A stretch of DNA of 61,668 nt, filler included, from Squatina squatina (GCA_031763465.1; 3 parts of 3 records of this genome joined end to end with filler, not necessarily neighbours in it); one strand, 5' to 3'; positions 13,535 to 27,127 are shown, counted from the whole stretch's first letter. Notes: a model not told the origin generated them from the sequence alone. Numbers and translations are program-made.

Positions 13535-14375
13535 TGAAGCAATAATTTCCCGCCCCTATAGGTGTGTATGAGGTGAGCATGTGTTTGTAACAGCTGTGCA
13601 CGTTCCGAGTTTAGGCATGCGCTGAAACCTGGAACTTGTGATCTGTCAAGAATTTTCTTGGGTTAATTGCCCAACCTCTGCCCAGCGAATGCCTATGAAA
13701 TTCTTACGCCTGGTAAAAGCATATGTAAGGCCTGCTTTTACTAGCGTAAGTGTTTTTAAAAACAGAAAAATAAAATTTTATCAATAATTTATATATTTAA
13801 AACCTGTGAAATAAGGTAAGTTTATTTTTAGCCCCTTTAAAACATGCAAATTTATTTTTCAAAAAATTAAATTTTTGTTTTAAATATTTAATTAAACCCA
13901 TTACGCCACTCTCGGGCAATTTGGGAATCTTTGTCTTTTGAAAGCTGTGCAATATTTTTCTTACATGAATGTCTTGTGGAAGAGTTTGAATGAATTTAGA
14001 CCACGTCCTTTTGCGAATATATGAAAAATTCTTCAGAAGTATGAATGGGAATACCCCAAAAAATACTTCTACACTTCAAATAAATAAAAAAATTTTTTAA
14101 ATGAATTAAAATGGTATTTAAATATTCCGTAATAATGGAATCCCCATAGGCATGAATGGGGATTCCCTTCTGTCATTGGTTGGGCTGGCCCACGTGATCC
14201 CAGAGGCACTTGCGAACCATATGTGTCCAAGATATGTGGGTCTCTATCTGCGCATACCCGGAGGGGCCCAGGACCACGAGTCTCCGTACCTCCCGGATCA
14301 CCAGGTACGCGGGCATTTTATTTGCGGATCGGAGGCATCTCCCCACGGGAAGCCTCCGACCGTAAATTCAGGGCC
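13535..14375. mobile_element. Non-autonomous DNA transposon (GC-rich ends, AT-rich core)
   Basis: CpG-rich ends finishing ...aaattcagggcc; short palindromes ggaatcccca/tggggattcc and tcggaggc/gcctccga; no credible ORF. Confidence 0.45.
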
Positions 14376-14729
14376 AATATCTGTAAACTGGTTCGTATTG
14401 ATCCGCATTTGTATCCTTTCCATTGTGATGCCACAGATTTAGGTTCGATGGCAAACAAAGAGGGAGCACCTCTATGACACCAAACTCTCTTACACAGGAA
14501 TGAGTTATATCAAACTTAGCCAACATACGGAATTCACCATATACTGGAAATAGGTCAATTTGTTTTTTGGACCCTGGTAACTGCAGCTATACAATAGAAG
14601 AGCCACAGGTTTCCATGTACTTTGTTCACTGTGTAAAGTTCCACAGCTTCACACACCACGCCTTCCCCCATGACTGTGAAGGTGTGACCACACAATACTG
14701 CTATGTAAACAGAGGAACTTGACTCGAAC

Positions 14730-14862
14730 ATTCAGTCCCTCCAGCCTGCTCCACCATTCAATTAGATCACGACTGTTCTGTACCTCAACCCCATTTTACA
14801 ATCTTTACCGAACAAAATCTATCATTCTCAGTTCTGAAAGTCTCAACTGACCCACCATTCAC
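14730..14862 (-). mobile_element. Diverged CR1 3' UTR fragment
   Basis: cattcagtccctccagcctgctccaccattcaattagatcacgactg resembles the CR1 tails at 2737 and 39677. Confidence 0.55.
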
Positions 14863-17800
14863 ATAAATGGCTATCAAGGATCCACATGACTGTTTTGAAT
14901 CAGTCCTCCTTTCTGATTCGTCCTTCATTGGAAAGAAATGTCTGAGAGACACCCATCACTCCAACTCACCTTCCACCGTTGGATGAGTTTCCCAGCTGCT
15001 GCAGGTAGAGAACAGTAATAGATGGACAAAAGGTTCAGGAGGAAGAAAGGAGAGAAGAGACAGAAATACAAAAGAGACCACGCTGAATCCCCGATGAAAA
15101 CATGACCTTAGCAATGGTTGGGGAGAGGCCTCTGGTTAAGACAGTCATGATGGAACAGGTTGAGAAATTAATGCAAGTCTGAATTTGGAGATGAGGGGGT
15201 GCGGAGAGGAGAGGGCGTGAAGGAAATACATTTCTCCCACCTCCATCAACTACTTCAAGGTATTCAGAGTTGCATTCAGGATTGCGATCGCCTAAACCAC
15301 TGTTTATATACAATTAAAATGTTGCATTCCTCCTACTTTCACAAAGATACGCCCAAGTTATCCTCCTTTGGCTAACTGAAAGCACGCAAAAGGACGAGGT
15401 CTGAATTCATTTAAGCTCTTCCATGGGGTTCTGTTGTCTTAAGACATTCAAGTAAGAAAAATATTGTGCAGTTCTCAAAAGACAAAGATTCCCAAATTGC
15501 CCAAGAGTGACATAATGGGTTTATAATGAGAACAATTTATGAAAAATTTTTCATTACTGACTGTAACTATGGATTCTGTACAGCATTTTTTGTACCACAG
15601 CTGGCACTGATTAAATACTGCGTGCACCACAATGACCGCCTTGTGCTATATATACTCCCCGAGCAGGAATTCTAGGTGGAGTCATCATATGTACACGACT
15701 CCAACTGCAGCACAAATGTTTAAGCCGTACGATAGGATATGGATTCCAATAGGATGAAATATATTCTCTCTTGTCTGTTACAGGGTGCTGATTGAAAAGG
15801 GACTTGGACAATCTTAATCTAGTTGCGAATATAGAAAAAAAAGGACATCTTNNNNNNNNNNNNNNNNNNNNNNNNNNNNNNNNNNNNNNNNNNNNNNNNN
15901 NNNNNNNNNNNNNNNNNNNNNNNNNNNNNNNNNNNNNNNNNNNNNNNNNNNTATGTCAGTTTATTATATTTTTGTGCATTTTGGTTTCATTCATTTAAAA
16001 ACCCACCACACCCACGCATTCACTTGTTGTTTTCCATTCCTGGGATTAAGTGACAAATAATGTTGAAACTTTCCAAAGCACCTGCTAATGAGCGGTTTCA
16101 GTTGCCACATGTGATCCTGTTCCCCACACACTAAAATAGGTCAAAATTATATCAAAATATATTTTAGTATTATTCAACTGCCATCAAAAACACAAAATTC
16201 ATTCCGGGTTATGTTCCTATTTGTAAAAATCTCTTAGATACTGCATGGTAAACAGTGTTGATTTGTACTTTTGACATACTTAGATAAATCAAACAGAATT
16301 ACAAATCAAGACCTTGTACTTACAGCATTCAACATGTTGGTTGTACTACAATCACACTGTAAACTTTGTTTGAACAGATACCAATTAATTCCAACAGTCA
16401 TTAGCTGTCGAGAATAAGAAATCATCTAATTGAGGCAAAGTAATTTACAGTTCATTAGGATTGAAACTGCTCCCCTTGCCAGGATAGCCTCACTTGGAAG
16501 CAAAACCACTGAACCCGTGCACAAGTGATTTGAAATGAAACTGGTGACACATCCTACAATGTTCACAGGATACAGTGATGTATGCAGTGCTGTGTGTCTA
16601 CACCTATGCATATTTAGCAAACACCAATTTTTGAAATTGATGGAATTGCTTGCTCCCCATNNNNNNNNNNNNNNNNNNNNNNNNNNNNNNNNNNNNNNNN
16701 NNNNNNNNNNNNNNNNNNNNNNNNNNNNNNNNNNNNNNNNNNNNNNNNNNNNNNNNNNNNTAATATTTGTAAAGTTAATACTATTACTTTTTTGACATTA
16801 TTTGATTACTTTGCTTCTGAAGATGTCCGATGTCAGCCACCTTGATCAGCCAAGAGTTTGGCTGGCAACATGCTAAGCTTTATTCCATCATTGGGCAATA
16901 GCTGGCTACACGGAGGTATATGTGACTGTCCAGGGCTCAACAGCACTCTGAATGTTCCCGCGCTGTAGGGAGGCAACTTTGCTCTGCTTGGTATCACCTC
17001 ATTATGGCACGATTGAGATCAGAAACTCATAGTTAGGAGGTCACTGGGACATCCTGATTATAAGTTTTATGTTTTGGAAATATAATCCAAAGAAATTGTG
17101 TTATTGTCAGAGAAACATCTTCATCAAACACCAAATAGGCAAATCCATGTCAATTATCAATAGTATAAATATCTGGAAACACTTAAATAATTAAAAGCAA
17201 TAATTGTTGGAAGATCAGTTATACTGATACAGAACATCTTTTTTTCTATGCGGGATAAGTTCTTTTACTTTGAGTCTGTCCTTTGTTGATGATAGTCTTT
17301 CAGCATTACATTCTTTTTGAATGTTTATTCAATAGCCAGGTTGGGTTGCACTAAGAACTACGGTATATTCTTTTATAGGTTTCAACTTGAGCAGCTAACA
17401 GTCCCAGAACAAACTGGCTGACTGAAAGGCCTGCAGTGAAAGAGTGAGCTGTGCCATTGGGGAGGGGTAGCGCTTGATAAGATTGCAAAGGATAACGACA
17501 AGGACTGCAATCCACTTGAATAAGCCAGACAAATCTCTGAATTTAATTTGAATGCTCAACTTGCTCTTCACCACAAATGCCTGTTTGTTTAATTCTAGGC
17601 CAATATCTGGTTAGACAACAAAGCAGACAAAAGAAGCACCAATCTGGCATTTCTCAACTTTCAATGGCATTGTTCTTGCAGTATAAATAGATGATGTTTG
17701 AACTAACGTCTCTTTATTTGCTTCTCTCATTCTCCAAACAGCCATAGCTCTACCATGGTTGCCCTATTATCAGAAATGAAACAGTTCCTTTTAAGATATA

Positions 17801-18675
17801 GTTGAATAAATTGCAATCTATAGCTACCAACTAGAAACGCTGGTCAGCCATTATTGCAGTTGTGACAATATATCTAACTGGAAAGGAAGCTACAAGTCAG
17901 TGTTATATAAAATGTTTGATGCAAAATGCCTTTACTTCTGTAGGTTCCAATATTTGTGTTCATTATACTTTTAATGTTTCAGAGTAAATCAGATATCAGA
18001 ATTAAATGAAAACAGCTTTATCTTGAAGGAGGTAAATTACTTCCTGCAGAGTTTGATGTGGTTAACCAGTGACAAAATGATGACTTAATTGCCGCACAGT
18101 ATTTTGTAACAAAGCCAGTATTATTTGTTAACAAAGACTACTAGTAAGATTTAACTGGAGACAGTAAGAATGTTGTCCAGTACATAAAACATTGTAATTA
18201 TTCTGTATCTACTCCAACATCTGGAATGTCACTATACTCCAGATGCAGCAGTAGCTATAGAAGGATTTCAGGATAAGGATTTCAGCCTAGCCCCAAAGTT
18301 TAGAAGTATAAGCCTAGGGATCATTGTTGCTGATATTAGCGAACAAAAGCTTAATGCTTAATTCTTCTGGCCTTTATTTTTGTGGACCCTTTAACTCCCT
18401 TAAAATACACAGGTAATCATCTGCGTTCAAACAATGTATAGAGAATAGTCAGAGCAAATGCATTAAGCTTTTGTCCAATAAAAATAGTGGCAACAGTAAC
18501 TTCTGGCTGCTAGTTTCTTTATCTTTGTGTTTATACTTAGGTGTGTAGGAGGGAGAAGTTTGGCATTAAGCTGGTAAAACAATATTCAAAGCTGACTTTA
18601 ATTTGAGTTTTTGTTTTAGGCATAATGTCGGTGTTATTTTTGCATGTGTGTCTGTTCACCATTTTTATTTTACCA

Positions 18676-18804
18676 CTTGTAATCTTGAATGTGTCAGTTT
18701 GGTATCTTGAGACTTGGGATTTTTTTTGTTGAATGTCGTTTGGAACCTCAGAANNNNNNNNNNCATTCCACATGGGTTAAACTAATCGCTGAATAATCAT
18801 CAAT
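18676..18804 (+). repeat. Left arm of a ~130 bp inverted repeat pair
   Basis: Reverse complement of 20665-20795; the core cagtttggtatcttgagacttgggattt is identical. Confidence 0.85.
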
Positions 18805-19418
18805 ACAGAAATTGTTACATTTGAACTTTTTGTCTAATTCATGAAAGGCTGAATTTCACAAGCAAAAATACTGGAGGATTTTGAGCTGCAAATGCTGGTG
18901 TAGATCTTCATCTGGTAATTATAAGTTGAGACTTCTTTATGACTCTGTAGCTAATAAAACTCTAGCAGACCTCAATACAACAAAAGATCAGAGTGTGTAA
19001 TGTTTTATAGAGATGTCACACATGCAGTTAAAACAGAATTGTTATTCTTCAGTCTATATATGTGGTAATGACGAATGTAGTCTTATGAGCTGCCAGCATA
19101 CCTGAAATGGGGATAAAGCATTTCCAAGCTGTGTGAACCATCATTGGTTACTCCAATAAGTATTGTGTGGTGAGTAAAATGCAAGAAAAGGATTGTGTTT
19201 TAATGTGAATACCAGTATCTTTAGCCCCTGTAATTTTAGTATGGGCTTTTACAAGGAGTCTTCCTCTGAAAGGAGTCACATGTAGTTTTATGACTTATTT
19301 TGTGACCTTTGCATGATCNNNNNNNNNNNNNNNNNNNNNNNNNNNNNNNNNNNNNNNNNNNNNNNNNNNNNNNNNNNNNNNNNNNNNNNNNNNNNNNNNN
19401 NNNNNNNNNNNNNNNNNN

Positions 19419-19511
19419 TCAAAATGAGATGAGCCATGACCTTATTGAATGGCAGAACAAGCTCGAGGAGACATATGGCCTAATCCTGCTTTTAGTCATT
19501 ATGTTCTTATG
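19419..19511 (+). mobile_element. CR1 3' end
   Basis: agccatgaccttattgaatggcagaacaagctcgagg...tatgttcttatg is the sense form of the CR1 tail. Confidence 0.65.
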
Positions 19512-20442
19512 AGAGGACAGTTTTTTCCTTACAACAGTGTCTAATTCTTCCTCTACTACAAATCAAAATGGCAGTGAAGTTTGCCACAAAGTAATTTGAA
19601 TCTCAACCAGAATGACAGCTAGTATAAGTTTTGCCAATAATTTAAGGGAAGATCTCTACCAAAAGGTTGTTCTTGGGCGAAATCAGACTGCTGTACATGT
19701 GCTGCACCCAAGATAGTTAATGAGCGCACAATGTTGAAGTAAAGCACAAATTAGTTAAATGTTCTGTATAATTCAAGATTTTAACATTTAAATGTTTTGC
19801 CTGGAAAGTACAAATACAAAGCATTTGGGAATATGTGACTGAATTTATATAAATTACGATATAGGGATTGAGAGATATAAACAAAGCTCATCTTCTGCTT
19901 TCACTCTGCGTGGTACAGACCTAAAACACTGCCTCAGAGGCAATTGTAGTATCTGTTTGCCAATCTGGCCATAAAAGTGAGACTTGATTTGCTTTGCATG
20001 AGAACAAATCAATAAAAGTTAAGTTACGGCCAGAGAGGGCATCCTTTTTCAGAGATCAAAGATACTAAAAATGAGTTATATAGCTTCCAGAAAAGATCAA
20101 ACCCTATAGTTGCTGGGTATTTATACCGCACGTGTGGTCTGATGAATGGTGTTTTATGAAGAGCGGGTATGACTCCTGCTCGTCACGTGTTTTATTTGGA
20201 TCCAATTCTTGAGACAACATCCAAAAGTGATAGACATGCCACTAAAAGGTTGGATGGTGGTACAATCACTATAAAGTGGAACTTGTTAACTAACAGATAC
20301 TGGTCCATGCACCGTAGTGTGTTTCCACATTTATTTTAGCACATATTTCCTTTGTGCTATTCAAGTAATCCTTGCAGAGGAGTCAGTCCTGCTGAATAGT
20401 AAAACTTTAAGCTCCTCCAATCAGCACAAATATAGGGACAGA

Positions 20443-20652
20443 TTCCATTGAAATCAACAGAATGAAAATCAGACGGGTTGCATAAACGGTGGGCAATCTG
20501 CTCTGCCTGATTACCACCCAGGCAGTGAAGATGAAAATCTACCTCAAAGACTCATTAGGGTAGGTTTTGACTTTGTGCGATAATGTAACATGGGTGATAG
20601 TGAATCGGCAGCCCATTTTACATCTTTCCTGATTTTTATTTTCGTTGACTTC
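20443..20652. mobile_element. Two back-to-back half MITEs with GGGTAGRTTTT-type termini
   Basis: ...gaaaatctacctc (20545) and agggtaggttttgac (20557) are related termini; the family assignment is from pattern recall only. Confidence 0.4.
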
Positions 20653-20664
20653 CAGCTGGTAGTC

Positions 20665-20795
20665 ATTGATGATTATTCAGTGATTAGCTTAACCCACATG
20701 GAATGTTAAGTGTTCTTCTGAGGTTCCAACTGCATTCTGGAACAAAACAAATCCCAAGTCTCAAGATACCAAACTGGCACATCCAAGATTACAAG
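20665..20795 (-). repeat. Right arm of the ~130 bp inverted repeat pair
   Basis: Reverse complement of 18676-18804. Confidence 0.85.
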
Positions 20796-20796
20796 C

Positions 20797-21125
20797 ATCC
20801 TCTACATTAGTGAGAGATTTGGGGAGCTGCCATGACTTGTACATCCTGTGCCGCCAGGTCAACATTCAAGGCCAGGTCCAGGGGGATGGCAAGTTGGATG
20901 GATGGCTATTGGAGAAATTTATATTTGTCCTTTTCAACCTTGGCTGTTGGTACAATTTTGTCATTGCTACCAGCAAGACACAGGAGTGATAAAATAGGCC
21001 AATGTCAAAACTAAAGAGGTAATTGAGCAGTGCTTTGGGTCTTGAAGCATTATTGTGTTGCTTAGATCATTTGGGATGGTCACGTTACAGTACATCCCAG
21101 AGACTGTGTCCAAATAGTGATGATG
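20797..21125 (+). pseudogene. Heavily decayed Harbinger transposase C-terminal half
   Basis: Fragments ILYISERF, GSCHDLYIL, DGWLL, EVIEQCF, CCLDH and LQYIPETVS recur in the order expected for Harbinger transposases, across frameshifts. Confidence 0.65.
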
Positions 21126-21889
21126 TAAATGTAAGAGGCATCAGCATTCAGGACAGTAATGAACTAAAACTTGCAGGGAATGAGTGGACTGGCATCTGGC
21201 ATCTCTGTATGAAGTGTTACTGCCAGGCAACCAGCAGCATCAGCAGTTAGTCGCTACGTTCTTCAGCCAAGTTTGCAGTAGAAATGTCTTGAGAGCAATG
21301 ATGGATATCTCTTCTGCTTGCAGTTTACCATTACTATTGCTGCCATACAGCTTTCACGAAAGCTTGGGATCCTCTCTGAAGCTGATGGCTGGGAAAACAG
21401 CATACAGTGTATCATACAGGGTAACTAGAGAAAAGTTGCAGGTATTAGTGTGTACAATGAAGAGTCACCAAGTATTGAATGAACAATCAAAGCTAGACAC
21501 TTGCAAACAACTTTGTGGTTGTGTAGGAATCTTTCCAACAGGCAGACTAATTATTACATCAGAAATGGGACACCAAGCAGCAAACCAGAGGACAAGGTTC
21601 AGACAACTCTTGAATCAAGCCAAGGATTTCTAACCCTTTTTCATGTCCAACAGCATCAGATGTCCCTGTTTTTCACCCTCTAAATGGTTCTTCTGCCTGC
21701 GCCTCCCTGTCCATCTCTCACTTTCTTGTTCTTTTTTACATTTTCTCAATAATATATAATACTTGAAACATTTTTATTAAGTTTTTGAGCAATAACTCAA
21801 AATATTAACCAAAAAGTGGCCGTTCTTAATTGAAGCAATAGGAAATTGAGAGTATTCCAAATTTTCAAGATTCTCTTTCTTAGTAATTA

Positions 21890-22055
21890 TCACCTTGTGG
21901 ACTTTACCCCACTGTGCTTGCAAACTACCGCCCCATCTCCAACCTCCCTTTCGTCTCCAAAGTCCTTGAATGTGTTGTCGCCTCCCAAATCCGTGCCCAT
22001 CTTTCCCAGAATTCCATATTTGAATCCCTCTAATCCAGTTTCCGCCCCTGCCACA
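21890..22055 (+). mobile_element. L2-clade LINE reverse transcriptase fragment
   Basis: Translates PTVLANYRPISNLPFVSKVLECVVASQIRAHLSQNSIFESL*SSFRPCH. Confidence 0.85.
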
Positions 22056-23159
22056 CAAAAGTAAACTATCCCTNNNNNNNNNNNNNNNNNNNNNNNNNNN
22101 NNNNNNNNNNNNNNNNNNNNNNNNNNNNNNNNNNNNNNNNNNNNNNNNNNNNNNNNNNNNNNNNNNNNNNNNNTTGTTTACAGAGCCCAAAAATAGAGCA
22201 GTGCAAAACGGGTGCAAAAATCATGCTTTTTGGTCCCCTTGCGTTTAAAACAAAGCGCAGACCAATTGGGCGCCCTGAACCTTTCTGCCTCAGTTGTTAA
22301 AAATCCAAGTTCATTCATAATTTAACGTGGGGGGGTATTTTTAATTATTTTCACAAAGCTTTTGGATTTGGGACAACTGGAAATTAGTAACATATATGAA
22401 CTCACTGTTGTGGTTTAAATAGAGTCTAACTGTTCAAGACTGAGTAATGAAAGGAGATACCAGTGGTCACCAACATCTCTCCCAAAGGGAGAATCTTATC
22501 TAAAATTGGATACCAGCAATGTCACAATGTATCAATATACTGATACACTGGCATTATGCAAGATCATTGTATCAATCATTGTTTGCATATTATTGATGAT
22601 CATAAAATTTGAATCGAAGGAGATTGGCCTGGCAGATAAACAAAAGGTTTTATTGAATTTTGTAATACTACATTTTTCATTGCATAAGTTAGAAACTACC
22701 ATGGTGGAGAATTCAAACATTATCAGAGTGAGAGAGACCTGGAAATCAAGAGTGACTTGAGTTCAAAGTTCTGTAGCATGGCTGCTTTACAACATGATCA
22801 AAAATGTTACACATTACATAGGCCATGAAATGGAAAATTATCTGCATGTCTGTTGTACTGATTGCGCCATAATAAATGTCACAAACACAGCTTTTAAAGT
22901 AGTCAAAAAACATTGATTGTGCATAAGCCCCTCAAAATTTCAAGGCCCTTCATAACATCCTTTAATTTTAACTACGGCTGGATTTAAAAAAAATTTGTAT
23001 AATAATGTATAACATTCCAGGGCAATCAAAATATCACTGTCATCCATATCATATAATTGGTGTTTCACATCAAAATAATGTGTGAAATGTCTAAGTGCTC
23101 TGTAAATAATTAGTAAGAATGAAACTCAATAAAGCATATAAAGTATGTGGCAAACAGCT

Positions 23160-23375
23160 TACATACCTATAAAGCATATCGTTTTACACACATGCTTATA
23201 TGTATATGTATATAAACATATATAGGTATATATGCTTGTGCATACAATCAAATATATATTTGTATACATACACATCTGTATCTGCATTCTTGCTACATAT
23301 ATAAATGTACAAATCACTGACATATGTGCTGTAATCACAGACATGTATGCATAGATAGATATTGACACATGCTTA
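23160..23375. repeat. Degenerate (TA)n/(CATA)n low-complexity tract
   Basis: Alternating purine-pyrimidine tatatgtatatgtata/catacata runs. Confidence 0.7.
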
Positions 23376-23654
23376 CCTAATTACTTAAAATGACAATATG
23401 CACATACATTTTTGTTGAAAGAATGGTTAAGAATATCAAAGGATTTATCATGAGAAACTCANNNNNNNNNNNNNNNNNNNNNNNNNNNNNNNNNNNNNNN
23501 NNNNNNNNNNNNNNNNNNNNNNNNNNNNNNNNNNNNNNNNNNNNNNNNNNNNNNNNNNNNNNNNNNNNNNNNNNNNNNNNNNNNNNNNNNNNNNNNNNNN
23601 NNNNNNNNNNNNNNNNNNNNNNNNNNNNNNNNNNNNNNNNNNNNNNNNNNNNNN

Positions 23655-23830
23655 GTATCACTGCTGCCCTGTAGAACATGAGCTTGGTGCTGGGTCTGAG
23701 GTCTTTGTCTTCAAACACCCTCTTCCTCAGGCGACTGAAGGCTGTGCTGGCACACTGGAAGCGGTGTTGGATTTCGTTGTCTATGTCTGCCCTTGCTGAG
23801 AGGAGGCTCCCAAGGTATGGAAAGTGGACT
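23655..23830 (-). mobile_element. RTE-clade (BovB-like) LINE RT C-terminal fragment
   Basis: Minus strand reads HFPYLGSLLSARADIDNEIQHRFQCASTAFSRLRKRVFEDKDLRPSTKLMFYRAAVI. Confidence 0.85.
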
Positions 23831-26261
23831 AGTATAAACTGGTTTGATAAACTTTAAATAAACGTTTCAAACAGCCTTACAATAGCATTTGGTTTGTTTG
23901 ACTTTGTTGTAAAATGAACTTGTCACTTTGTAGTAAATCGCAAACCTTTTACAGCTATGGCATGTAACCAGACAGTACGGAGGGTAATATGTATCAAGTC
24001 ATAATTAACTGCAGCTGTTTTCTCTGTTTCAAGTACTAGCTAAGCTTTAACAATGCAGGCAGCTCTTGCTCCTGATATTTGTTTATTCACACCAAATCGT
24101 TCAAAACCTGTGTGATTTACAAACTGGGCAAACTGAGGAAGCCCCAAACTGGCCTCTGGGGGTCTCTTTGTTGCCTACGGTATGGACTGAGACACAAACA
24201 GTCTGTGACTGATAGTGGCTTGATTGCTGTTTGCCTGTTTGATTCAGTGGTCAGGATCAAAGTGGGACAACAGCACTCTCTCAAGTCACGTATCAGCATA
24301 TTCCTGCGCAAAGCTTTTCCCATCAAAGCAATAGGAAACGCTGTATCCTTTGTGCATGGTGCCATTAAATATAAAGTGAAGCACTGCATTTAATGGTTTC
24401 GCCCCTACTCTCTCCACCATAAACTTGATAGCCCTTTAAAGTTTCAACTAATTGTGATTTTACTATGGTNNNNNNNNNNNNNNNNNNNNNNNNNNNNNNN
24501 NNNNNNNNNNNNNNNNNNNNNNNNNNNNNNNNNNNNNNNNNNNNNNNNNNNNNNNNNNNNNNNNNNNNNAATGTTTCACTCAACATGGGCCTATGTGATA
24601 GAAGCAGTTGCAGAGGTGAAAGTATAATATATCATGTAGGTGAAGCACTGGAAGTGGCTGTTTAAATGTCAAAAGTCATCTTCTGTGTTCTGGTATAATG
24701 GCACACCAGCACTGTTCAGCAGTGTTTTGTATTCAGATATTGATCTGAAGAATTGCACATTTGATGAAGAATTGTATTCGCTTTATAGCTACTAAGTAAT
24801 GAAAGAAATAGTAAAAATGGAATCATACACAATATCACAGGTAAAGCAGAACACTAATTGGTATGTTTGTTTTCTTAGGAAATACAAGATAGCAGTTACA
24901 ACTCCACAGATTCAGTATTTATCATCACAATACTCGTCAACTTGAGGCAACACAAAAGCTTTCTTCAAACAGCCAACCTTTAGTGGGTGTTGATTTATGT
25001 AATCAATAATTTATCAGCTTGTTCTATTTCTTTCTGCTGCCAGCCAGATGCTTCTGCCTTTCCACTGCCAGCAACCGTCAGCTGGAAACTATAATGGCCC
25101 TTTCAGATTCAGAAATAAGATATAAATATTTTAAAAATCTTGCTGCAGGAAGTAAGGGGGCTCCACCAGTTTTCAGCAACTGTGTCACAGCTCTGCAGCA
25201 ATATATTTATAGAGTAGTTTTATCTAAAGGGGATATAGACACAGCTCCTGCTCTATGATTTTTATCCCCTAACAAGCATGACAGGCTCAGGTCTTTTCAC
25301 AGAAAATTGTTGAAGACATCTGGTGAGGCTTTCTGAGAATGAACTTGCAGCAGAGACATCCTCTTGGCTCTTGTTGACATGGCAACGGNNNNNNNNNNNN
25401 NNNNNNNNNNNNNNNNNNNNNNNNNNNNNNNNNNNNNNNNNNNNNNNNNNNNNNNNNNNNNNNNNNNNNNNNNNNNNNNNNNNNNNNNCCTTCTCTTGTT
25501 ATTGCTCGACTTTTATTGCAGTGGTTAGTAGAGGAACAGCATGCTTAATGCTAATTTATCACTGCAAAGTTACAAATTCAAAACTCTAATGATCCTTTAA
25601 TGCTTAGATCAATACAGGAGTAGTATCTGTGTTTTGTCTAGTCAATATTTAATGTGATGCACACTGGACCTGACGGGAATAAATCCCCTAAGCACTTTAA
25701 TGTTTAAAGAAGTTATTAAATCCTTAGACTGTTTCAGTGGAAGTCTCTTAATGGGAACAGTACTACAGTGAGCAAAACATTCCCAAATTCAATGGTTTAT
25801 TTAAAGCAAACAGCATTAAAAGCATATGCATGCACCCTCGTTAACAATTACATCATGTAAATGCTGAAAAACCAGAAACAGTGACATATTTCAAAAACTA
25901 GGCAGCAAGGTTTGCATTCGGTAAATAAAAAGGTGATAAACCAATCCATTAAACTACTAAAATGAAATCTGGTGAATCTATTGGAGTAATCTCACTAAGA
26001 GGGTGTGTACTGGATTCGCAAATTGGGGTGAAATCCCTGCCTCGCTAACTTTAGCAAAAGAAAAACGATTATTAAGTGAATATCTTTTAAATTAATGAAG
26101 AGCGATACATGAACTGAAAACCAGGATTAGGCAGACACTGGGGGACATGAGAAGTGAAAAATCTGTAATAAGATGTATATATGTGAAATATAGAGGCATG
26201 AGAAATAAGCTACCAAATGCAAAGATTTTGTAGCAGTAGGTAACTACAATGTGATGGGAAT

Positions 26262-26361
26262 NNNNNNNNNNNNNNNNNNNNNNNNNNNNNNNNNNNNNNN
26301 NNNNNTTAATTAATTAANNNNNNNNNNNNNNNNNNNNNNNNNNNNNNNNNNNNNNNNNNNN
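26262..26361. other. Artificial scaffold linker N44-TTAATTAATTAA-N44
   Basis: 12-mer at 26306-26317 has stops in all six frames and is centred in exactly 100 nt; identical at 46995-47094. Confidence 0.95.
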
Positions 26362-26869
26362 TGTCTCTTGCAGTGTTCTGGGGAAGTGGTGGTGTTCATG
26401 CTTTTGTGACTTACTCATTGCATTATTCCCAGGTTTTACTTTACGGTGGATATCGGGACTGTTACTTGTTGAGTATGTTGTAGTAACAGCAATAGCAGAA
26501 AATAATTGGGTTCAGGTGACATTGCAAACCACGAACATAATGTGAACAGCTCACACATCCTATTGCAACCTTTGGACAGAATTACAGCCTGAAAATTGCA
26601 GTTCTCTCTGTTACACATATTGTTATTCCTATCCCTTTAAGTGTGTTGACCTGTTCCTTTCATTATGTTGTTTTCTGCAAGTTCCATTGAGGGAAGTGTC
26701 GAAGCATGTGCTTCTCATCAGTATTTGCAGTGTTGCTGTCTTGGAGCGTGTAATAATGAAAAGAATTGGTGGATGCTAAACTCACTGTATTTCATTTTGT
26801 TTTGCAGTTTTATGTCCAGCACATTATACAGTTGTGCTATAACCACTGCTTTGTGCTTTTTTTAAACAG

Positions 26870-27007
26870 TATTTGCATAACCTGTTCAAGAGGGATCACC
26901 ACAAAGGACAGAAGTTCCACGAACAGCAGATCAGCCTGTACGCCGAGTATGATCGGCCAAACCTGTTGCCATTCCTGAGAGACAGCACCCATTGCCCACT
27001 AGAAAAA
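26870..27007 (+). CDS. VPS41: VPS41 internal exon (clathrin heavy-chain repeat region)
   Basis: tttaaacag|...|gtaaat, 138 nt, phase 0-0; YLHNLFKRDHHKGQKFHEQQISLYAEYDRPNLLPFLRDSTHCPLEK is almost identical to human VPS41. Confidence 0.97.
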
Positions 27008-27127
27008 GTAAATCCGTCTTAGTAGCTCTTTGTAATGAGTCTCACTGCAAAAATGCTGCTGTTCTCAGGTGGTTCTCATTGTACAGTGCAAAGACTTCAG
27101 CTGATTGTTAACTGGCATGTGCAAGAG

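Noticed and set aside
21184-21633. 149-aa ORF after the Harbinger relic
   Set aside because: No ATG start, no recognisable motif, no clear splice boundaries
1-26261. POU6F2 or 5' VPS41 exons expected from human synteny
   Set aside because: No matching peptides recognised; a manual scan could miss short exons
26306-26317. TTAATTAATTAA as a biological palindrome or homeodomain site
   Set aside because: Centred in symmetric N runs and repeated at 47039; synthetic linker
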